Positions 58,210 through 64,000 of a stretch of 64,000 bases of DNA are shown here, piece after piece (the stretch's first letter is position 1; every line of letters begins with the position of its first letter). The stretch covers positions 7,616-71,615 of IMG/VR virus record IMGVR_UViG_3300031851_000013. One strand, given 5' to 3'. The notes below the pieces were generated by a model. It had not been told where the DNA came from. It made no database searches and saw only the letters and a program-made list of their open reading frames with translations. Source of the DNA: a virus. The position numbers and the translations under genes are program-made.

Positions 58210-58369
58210 TAATCAACTCCATCTCTTCTGGTTCAACCAATAAGCAATGGTTGTCAGATTTTGCGGCAATGTGTACCATCCAATATGGCTCAATTTCGTA
58301 CTTTTTTAAAACGACCGCAACATAAGGTTTGTTAAACTTACTGATCTTAACTAAATCGCCAGCTTTCAT
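58196..58369 (-). CDS. KOW/SH3-like miniprotein (57 aa)
   Basis: Below track cutoff; MKAGDLVKISKFNKPYVAVVLKK... Confidence 0.7.
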   Translation of the reverse strand: MKAGDLVKISKFNKPYVAVVLKKYEIEPYWMVHIAAKSDNHCLLVEPEEMELISENR

Positions 58370-58645
58370 TTAGCGATCTTCCCAGACACGCCAACCAGCT
58401 TGAGTAAGAGCACCTTCACCCTGACCCTTCTGCTTTTTGTGAGAAGCGAAAATCTCTTGACCATTGGGAAGCCGAAGAACGTATTGTGAACCTCGCACAT
58501 GCTCAATGACGAGGGCACCTTGGAAGCCTTCTTGAGTTAAGAGTTTTCCAACAATGTTCCTGCGCTCTTTTACGAACTGCGCTCTTTGCTCGGCTGTCAT
58601 ACCTTGACGACCTGTTCTTTTTTGTCTTGGTTTTCTGTGTCCCAT
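58370..58645 (-). CDS. Basic hypothetical protein
   Basis: 91 aa with AAGGAG SD. Confidence 0.7.
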   Translation of the reverse strand: MGHRKPRQKRTGRQGMTAEQRAQFVKERRNIVGKLLTQEGFQGALVIEHVRGSQYVLRLPNGQEIFASHKKQKGQGEGALTQAGWRVWEDR

Positions 58646-58668
58646 AATATTCTCCTTTTTAAGTTTCT

Positions 58669-59139
58669 TTATGCCGCAGCAGAGACAAGTTCAAGGTCAC
58701 GTTCTGGGTAACCATAATTGTATCGTGGTGGGTATTCCTCACCAAGCCACTGAATCTTGGGATAGGTGCTGGCTTCCATGACCAAACCGGTCTTACCAGC
58801 GTAGCCTTGGCGAGTCGCTCGCTTGTTGCCCTTGCCACGAACAAGAGTTCCTACGGGAAACTTTGCTGCTGGTGGTTTGAACCAGTGAAGCATCTGAGAT
58901 GCATTGTCATGGAAAGAGCCAGCGAAGTAATCCGTCATAATGTCGGAATGATCATCAACACGGCGAGAGTGAAAACCAGAAGCCTCAAAGACACCGGGCT
59001 TGTCCCACTTTTCCTGTTTACGGAAAGAGCCGATTTGACCTTCATACTGAAACCAGTACTTGCCATTAGGGTCTTCAAGACCGTGAATCTCAACACCGAG
59101 ATGGGATTTAACTTTTTTAATGAATGTTTCAAATTTCAT
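58669..59139 (-). CDS. Early protein with C-terminal KOW/SH3-like domain
   Basis: Start MKFETF after AAGGAG; KFPVGTLVR...GLV. Confidence 0.7.
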   Translation of the reverse strand: MKFETFIKKVKSHLGVEIHGLEDPNGKYWFQYEGQIGSFRKQEKWDKPGVFEASGFHSRRVDDHSDIMTDYFAGSFHDNASQMLHWFKPPAAKFPVGTLVRGKGNKRATRQGYAGKTGLVMEASTYPKIQWLGEEYPPRYNYGYPERDLELVSAAA

Positions 59140-59198
59140 TTTTTTCTCCTTGGGGAAGGTTAACTGCGAAATGATCCGAACGACCATCTTACATATAC

Positions 59199-59227
59199 AT
59201 TATACTAACAATTGGAACAGAAGTCAA
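59199..59227 (-). promoter_or_regulatory. Early sigma70 promoter cassette 1
   Basis: TTGACT-17-TATAAT-GTATATGTAAG. Confidence 0.8.
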
Positions 59228-59248
59228 GTACTTTTTTCATTGAACCGG

Positions 59249-59362
59249 TCATTTTTTGACCGCATGGGGAACATCATCTATAAATATTTCATAATTTTCT
59301 TGCCTACCTGCCCCATAAAGAATGGCAACAGCGGCGAAAGCGATAAGAAATACATGCTTCAA
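59249..59362 (-). CDS. Small signal/membrane peptide (37 aa)
   Basis: AAGGAG + TTG; MKHVFLIAFAAVAILYGAG... Confidence 0.55.
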   Translation of the reverse strand: MKHVFLIAFAAVAILYGAGRQENYEIFIDDVPHAVKK

Positions 59363-59401
59363 ACTTAACTCCTTTGGTTGGGAACCCCCAACCACATACA
59401 C

Positions 59402-59430
59402 ATTAGACCATAAATGATGGTCAAAGTCAA
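59402..59430 (-). promoter_or_regulatory. Early sigma70 promoter cassette 2
   Basis: TTGACT-17-TCTAAT-GTGTATGTGG with extended TG. Confidence 0.75.
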
Positions 59431-59577
59431 GTACTTTTTTTATTTTTTTAAAATAAATGATAGGGCTCCCAAACTTCCCTATCTGTCCACACCCTACAAC
59501 AGCAAGACGATACTTCCTGTCACGCTTACGCAGCCACGCTATTTCTAGCTCTGGCGTGTGGACCCCACATAAAATCA

Positions 59578-59787
59578 CTAGAAGTGCCTATCTTGGCATT
59601 TCTCACACAGACCTGATATCTCGTACTCACGAGCGTTCAAGTCGGTTCTAAAGCCCTCTACGGGCTTCCCACAGCCCATAGGAGCAGCCACACAGACTTC
59701 GTTGAGGATAGCTTCCTCACGGTTCACACCGAAAAGGTTTGTGAGCATACGCTCAACAGCAGGGGCTTTTTCAGATGGCATCAACAT
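59578..59787 (-). CDS. Small Cys (zinc-finger) protein
   Basis: CV....GC...SGLCEKCQD. Confidence 0.7.
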   Translation of the reverse strand: MLMPSEKAPAVERMLTNLFGVNREEAILNEVCVAAPMGCGKPVEGFRTDLNAREYEISGLCEKCQDRHF

Positions 59788-59978
59788 TATAATCTCCAGT
59801 CTTCTGTAATATCTCTTGTAAAATCAATAACTTGTATCCGAGGCTTTGTAACCCCGTGTTCCACAACCAAGGTTCTAACAACCTTTTCAGCTTCCCTCAT
59901 TGTTGTGGCTTTTGTATAAAGCACGGTTTCTTCTGTTGCCATTGGCGGCACTCCCCAGATTACAAACTCTTTTTCCAT
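59787..59978 (-). CDS. Hypothetical protein
   Basis: 63 aa with AAGGAGG SD. Confidence 0.7.
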   Translation of the reverse strand: MEKEFVIWGVPPMATEETVLYTKATTMREAEKVVRTLVVEHGVTKPRIQVIDFTRDITEDWRL

Positions 59979-60027
59979 GATATGCCCTCCTTGGCAAAAA
60001 ACGATCCCTCAACCAACTTACATACAC

Positions 60028-60056
60028 ATTAGACCACATATCGTAACAAAAGTCAA
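60028..60056 (-). promoter_or_regulatory. Early sigma70 promoter cassette 3
   Basis: TTGACT-17-TCTAAT-GTGTATGTAAG. Confidence 0.75.
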
Positions 60057-60140
60057 GTAAAAAAAGCACGGAATCGGAAAAAAATTTAGCTGATTTTACG
60101 CTTATTTAGCCACTTTTGACGCAGTGCGAAAACGGAGTTT

Positions 60141-60461
60141 CTAACCCCAGAATCCGCCCCACCACTGAAGAGCCACAATCAACGGAATGTCAATAATGAC
60201 AGCAACCCCAAGATATTTAACTCTCTCGCCATGATTAATCAGGGCAAAGACACAGTTGAGTGTCGTAAGAATAATGTGGATTATTTGGGGAGCAGCAATC
60301 ACTTCCCAGTAGCCACCAGCCCAGAGGACTGTAACCATCAGAGGAAGAGAAAACAATATTGTGTGCAATGCGTTCTTGGTATAGTACTCACCGTTCTTGA
60401 GCAGGTTAGTGGCACCAGCAATGGCGAGAAGAACAATCATAATGGTTTGTGGAGTAGTCAT
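60141..60461 (-). CDS. Four-TM membrane protein with internal duplication
   Basis: PQTI..IVL...KNGE...WAGGYW / PQII.IIL...NHGE...WWGGFW. Confidence 0.75.
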   Translation of the reverse strand: MTTPQTIMIVLLAIAGATNLLKNGEYYTKNALHTILFSLPLMVTVLWAGGYWEVIAAPQIIHIILTTLNCVFALINHGERVKYLGVAVIIDIPLIVALQWWGGFWG

Positions 60462-60522
60462 TTCAAATCCTTTAGTTGGGGAAGGAAAGTACCGGAGGAC
60501 TGCCCCCCGACCTTACATATAT

Positions 60523-60551
60523 ATTATACTTCTTGAGGCAGGAGAAGTCAA
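60523..60551 (-). promoter_or_regulatory. Early sigma70 promoter cassette 4
   Basis: TTGACT-17-TATAAT-ATATATGTAAG. Confidence 0.8.
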
Positions 60552-60607
60552 CAGTTATTCAAAGGTATGTTTGTTTTTGTGAGGTATAATACAGAAAAAA
60601 AGATCTT

Positions 60608-60847
60608 TTAATAATCCATGTGATCCTGCACACCAAAGTATTGTAAGACAGCCTTCCTAATCATAAATTCACTTGGATTATCCACGGGTATGATTGAGGT
60701 GGGTGCAATGTACATCGTACCGTATGGGGCATCACAGATACCGGCTGTGATAGAGGTAAAGCCTACACCGATTTCGCCAGAAAAAATATTTTCGTCAGGT
60801 ACATCAGTATTCACCACATATACGAAATAATTAATGTTGTCGTTCAT
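60608..60847 (-). CDS. Hypothetical protein
   Basis: 79 aa ORF. Confidence 0.55.
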   Translation of the reverse strand: MNDNINYFVYVVNTDVPDENIFSGEIGVGFTSITAGICDAPYGTMYIAPTSIIPVDNPSEFMIRKAVLQYFGVQDHMDY

Positions 60848-60869
60848 ATAGTAATTATAACCGAGCGGT

Positions 60870-60904
60870 AAAAAAAAGAAAAGCCCGGTATTTCTACCGA
60901 GCTT
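60870..60904 (-). terminator. Intrinsic terminator
   Basis: AAGCTCGGTA-GAAA-TACCGGGCTT plus U tract. Confidence 0.8.
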
Positions 60905-61209
60905 CTCAAAGTTTTAGATTAACGTGCCATTTTCAATTTATGGTGTATACCGTGTTCGTGTACCAAAGCTTTGCAGAGGATACAATACTAGCCTAACCTT
61001 TACAACCCCAATTGGGCTCACTCGTTATTAGACATGGAGCGAGGGATAAGATCACCACAATCTTATCCTAACAACCCACTCATTACCCTCTTGTTCTTCC
61101 CTTAAATTGGTGGTCACAGTCTTCAGATAAATCAGTTGCTTTTTCCCAGTAGCCACACGGCGGCACGAAACCTTAATCATATAGTATTAATGGCATAAAA
61201 ATAAACCTC

Positions 61210-61437
61210 CTAAATCCGGCTATCCAAAAGCGCACCACATTCTAACAGAATGCTAAGTTGCGGTTCGGTCATATTGCGAAATACCCGATACTCTTCTTTG
61301 TCAAGCTCACGCCTAGCTTCCATAAATAAACTAAGCATTTGCTCCGGACCTTTCGCTGTTCTAACCAGATGCACAAACTCACCTACTGTGCGCTTGTGCT
61401 CCCAAGGGTCTATCTTTACATTATCACCAATGATCAT
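61210..61437 (-). CDS. Hypothetical protein
   Basis: 75 aa with GAGGAG SD. Confidence 0.6.
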   Translation of the reverse strand: MIIGDNVKIDPWEHKRTVGEFVHLVRTAKGPEQMLSLFMEARRELDKEEYRVFRNMTEPQLSILLECGALLDSRI

Positions 61438-61464
61438 AGTGTCTCCTCTTTTCCTCTTCTCTTC

Positions 61465-61656
61465 TTATCGTCTTGCCATCAGAGCAACCTTTTTAAAACG
61501 CCAGTCCCATGTGTTACCGGCGAGTTGCACTCGCCATACATAGGCACGAGAAACCGCTTCTTCAAAACAAGTTGCTTCAAATACACGGGTTCGTTCCATT
61601 AAAGGATCATCTGATTTATAAATTTTTGCTTCGTACTTCTTTGTCATTCTAAACAC
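61465..61656 (-). CDS. Hypothetical protein
   Basis: 63 aa with AAGGAG SD. Confidence 0.6.
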   Translation of the reverse strand: MFRMTKKYEAKIYKSDDPLMERTRVFEATCFEEAVSRAYVWRVQLAGNTWDWRFKKVALMARR

Positions 61657-61668
61657 ATCACTCCTTGG

Positions 61669-62304
61669 TTATGATAATAAAGCCTTATCTTTCCAATACA
61701 TAAAGCTGTGCCTAAGCATAGCACAGAACTCTTCGTCTGTTAAGTTTGTTTTTGTCCCACCAGAAGAACCAAAATGATTGTGCATCAAGGTTTGGGGATG
61801 GATGGGAGTTCCTCCCTCCCAAGCAGAAGCGTTGATTGAAACCACTTCCCAGTTCCCCGTCTCTGATGGTAATTCATTTGAGCCATCTTCAGCTAGGACA
61901 GGAGAATTATAAAGGACGACCTCTACAAGCCTCGCTGAAAGCTTTTCGCCGTCAGCTATGCCAAGAGTCTTCCGAGGGTCTTCGCCTTCCCTACGGGGCT
62001 TGTACGACCCCTGAAGGGTATCTCCCGGCTGAAGGCGACAAACGGATGAGTAGAATCCTTCTGGGGGGATTGTTACAAGGACTACGCCTGTCCTGTATCC
62101 CGGCTTACATGAATACCAGTTCTCCGCAATTAAGTCTAACAGTTCTGTGTTTGTACCAGTGAAATGTGAATACTTACTCTCTGCTGTTTGTCTGTTACAA
62201 AAAGAGTTTACTGTTAGTATTGTGGACTCTTCTCCTGAATATCCATCAGCTTGCGAATTGTTGTCAAAAATAATAATTGGTTGTTCGCTTGTTTCATTCT
62301 TCAT
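61669..62304 (-). CDS. DUF3228-like protein
   Basis: FCNRQ, PGYR, PRREGE.P, VVLY, PIHPQTLMHN..GG pattern. Confidence 0.5.
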   Translation of the reverse strand: MKNETSEQPIIIFDNNSQADGYSGEESTILTVNSFCNRQTAESKYSHFTGTNTELLDLIAENWYSCKPGYRTGVVLVTIPPEGFYSSVCRLQPGDTLQGSYKPRREGEDPRKTLGIADGEKLSARLVEVVLYNSPVLAEDGSNELPSETGNWEVVSINASAWEGGTPIHPQTLMHNHFGSSGGTKTNLTDEEFCAMLRHSFMYWKDKALLS

Positions 62305-62600
62305 GCATCACCTTGATTGTTCTTCATTGTTGCCATCTCTGCAAACCAGCCGTCAAGCCTGTTCTGCAAGATCTCTTTATTGTTGCTTTGCTTCGCCCAA
62401 TTTTCCATATCAGATTTTTTAATTTCTTCTAACATAAACCATAGGCTTTCATTCTCATCTTTTAAAGCTTTAATAACTTCAAGCTGCCCTCTCACAGCAT
62501 TTCTTAATTCTTCCACTAGCTCTTCTATCTTACTGTCCACACCATTGATTGCTGTCAGCAGCGTGTCTATTTCTTTTAACTCTATTTTATCGTTCGCCAT
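62301..62600 (-). CDS. Coiled-coil protein
   Basis: 99 aa heptads; AAGGAGG SD. Confidence 0.7.
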   Translation of the reverse strand: MANDKIELKEIDTLLTAINGVDSKIEELVEELRNAVRGQLEVIKALKDENESLWFMLEEIKKSDMENWAKQSNNKEILQNRLDGWFAEMATMKNNQGDA

Positions 62601-63003
62601 CTGGAACCTCCTTAACCTTTAATACTACATCTAGGTCTGCGGGGTGCTCTACGTAGCTTTCGCCACTTGTCCAAACAACTCTTACTAAGTAATCTTCATC
62701 TTTGATTTCCATATCCTCTACAGACATTCCTTTGCGTAGCATTTTCTCTAGCATTTCTTGGCGTTGTTGTGGATATTGGTCTGGCTTTTTCTCTACGCCC
62801 TTCAGCGCATGGAACATTTTAAGTTCCTCAAGGAAGCCTTTGGCGTACTCTGGATTTGTATCCTCCTCTAGTTTACGCCACTCCTCTTTAAGATTTAAAA
62901 TCTCCACAACCACGCCTACGCTACTTGAATGCATTGCAAACGGAAGGTTATCGGAATACTCTACTAAATCTCCTATTGAAAATTTCTTTTTTGATTGTTG
63001 CAC
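62587..63003 (-). CDS. KOW/SH3-like protein with insertion
   Basis: FSIGDLVE...GVVVE...VRVVW...DLDVV. Confidence 0.65.
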   Translation of the reverse strand: MQQSKKKFSIGDLVEYSDNLPFAMHSSSVGVVVEILNLKEEWRKLEEDTNPEYAKGFLEELKMFHALKGVEKKPDQYPQQRQEMLEKMLRKGMSVEDMEIKDEDYLVRVVWTSGESYVEHPADLDVVLKVKEVPDGER

Positions 63004-63056
63004 ATATGACCCTCTGACCTATTATAAATAGTTGGATCATATGATTAACCTAAACC

Positions 63057-63368
63057 TTAATCATCTACCTCGGTAAACTTGTTCATGAACAAACCATTCG
63101 GCAACCCGCCTGAGATCAAGCCACCATGCTTGGCTATGATATAGGTTACGAACTGCCGTGGGACATACCCATAAACCGTTTCAGTAGGGCGTTCGGGATC
63201 CTCACAGTACGGCATGATGCACTCCTCCCTCTCCGAAGGGTAACCGATCTCAACCTCGGAATAGGGACCGTTATCATCACGGGGTGTACAGTACATACCC
63301 TCACCCGCCTGAACTGACATTTGAAAACCGTCTGCACATGTCACCGCTTTGTTTTTAGATAATTTCAT
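63057..63368 (-). CDS. Conserved phage protein
   Basis: CADGFQMSVQA...YCTPR...EVEIGYPS...VYGYVP. Confidence 0.75.
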   Translation of the reverse strand: MKLSKNKAVTCADGFQMSVQAGEGMYCTPRDDNGPYSEVEIGYPSEREECIMPYCEDPERPTETVYGYVPRQFVTYIIAKHGGLISGGLPNGLFMNKFTEVDD

Positions 63369-63390
63369 TTTCTCTCTCCAATTAAGTTAG

Positions 63391-63467
63391 TGGTGGTCCG
63401 ACCGAGACTTGAACTCGGAACCTACCCGTTATGAGCGGGGTGCTCTGACCAATTGAGCTATCAGACC
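63391..63467 (-). tRNA. tRNA with CAT anticodon (Ile2-lysidine or elongator Met)
   Basis: GGTCTGA/TCGGACC ACCA; CCCG-CTCATAA-CGGG; G1-C72 paired, so not initiator. Confidence 0.9.
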
Positions 63468-63491
63468 TTATACCTTTCCAAGTATGGATAC

Positions 63492-63520
63492 ATTATACCA
63501 TATAAAATAAGACAATGCAA
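63492..63520 (-). promoter_or_regulatory. sigma70-type promoter for tRNA-CAT
   Basis: TTGCAT-17-TATAAT with extended TG. Confidence 0.7.
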
Positions 63521-63605
63521 GCGAAATAAAGGCATATTTCCAATTTATTTTTTGCGGCATTTTTTAATTCTCCAATTTTTGCTGCGCTATTAAACATGTA
63601 CTAGG

Positions 63606-63621
63606 GCAAGATCCGTGCCAG
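63606..63621 (-). promoter_or_regulatory. sigma54 (-24/-12) promoter
   Basis: CTGGCACGGATCTTGC equals consensus TGGCACG-N4-TTGC; intergenic. Confidence 0.65.
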
Positions 63622-63698
63622 TAGTAGGGGGGTGGGACTTACCTTCCGGTACCCGGTGGGGGCGTGGGGGTGGTACCCCTACCCCTACCCTTCACACC

Positions 63699-63977
63699 TT
63701 AGAACACTGCCTGTGCTGTGTGCTTACACTGCCTGCGGAACTGATAGCCCTTGCATGTGCAGGTGAGGTTACCGTTGGCATAGCGTGTCACTGTGTACTC
63801 ACCTACCGTGGCTGTCTTCCTAGCCTTAGCACGTCGTGCTATCTGTCGGTTGGCACAGTCAACACAACCATTGAAGTCGTGCTCGGCTTGACCACCACAC
63901 GCACCACAGTATTTATAATGGTAGCCTTCATCGTTGTCTACCCACTGTCCCTTGCGTTGCCATTTAATCCATTCCAT
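63699..63977 (-). CDS. SWIM zinc-finger protein
   Basis: CTCKGYQFRRQCKH plus CGAC/CVDC. Confidence 0.8.
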   Translation of the reverse strand: MEWIKWQRKGQWVDNDEGYHYKYCGACGGQAEHDFNGCVDCANRQIARRAKARKTATVGEYTVTRYANGNLTCTCKGYQFRRQCKHTAQAVF

Positions 63978-64000
63978 TATCTTACTCTCTCTTACTCTAT

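Noticed and set aside
59363-59578. 109-aa track ORF 59249..59578
   Set aside because: Spans a promoter and leader hairpin; only the SD-led 37-aa 3' part is credible.
60913-60929. Third sigma54-like TGGCACG
   Set aside because: Lacks the -12 GC at the required spacing.
61017-61054. TGA followed by a hairpin as possible selenocysteine recoding
   Set aside because: Read-through reaches TAA after 7 codons and there is no selenoprotein-like context.
56102-61090. Shared GAGGGTAAT 9-mer in both candidate ncRNAs
   Set aside because: A 9-nt match between two regions of about 300 nt is plausible by chance.
1-64000. Alternative genetic code, as in some huge phages
   Set aside because: Dense, uninterrupted ORFs up to 2813 aa in the standard code; TAA, TAG and TGA all end genes.

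Overview
Segment of a very large (jumbo/huge-type) tailed dsDNA phage genome, AT-rich, with genes almost all on the minus strand and the standard genetic code. Left (1-17 kb): baseplate/tail-type genes (SH3b protein; NlpC/P60 + M15 wall-hydrolase hub), a T4 gp55-like sigma factor, two GT4 glycosyltransferases, a Cas4-like nuclease and PIN-PhoH. Middle (17-52 kb): giant Cys/acidic surface proteins (GCxDPxAxNY repeats, cohesin/dockerin-like, FN3), a plus-strand protease + VWA lipoprotein island, a tRNA/ClpP/tmRNA cluster and probable head-packaged proteins. Right (52-64 kb): many small early genes, a family of 'GDLV' KOW/SH3-like miniproteins and repeated sigma70 promoter cassettes. Most notable: (1) the phage tmRNA begins exactly in frame inside the last 9 codons of a Fis-like HTH gene, so tmRNA maturation should create a non-stop mRNA tagged by that same tmRNA, with a ClpP gene nearby; (2) two near-consensus sigma54 promoters alongside sigma70 promoters and a recurrent late-like ACTAWTTAT motif; (3) a ligase-like/HIGH-nucleotidyltransferase/ParB fusion; (4) a nested translation start; (5) two candidate structured ncRNAs. 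All family assignments come from motif recognition by eye, not database searches.
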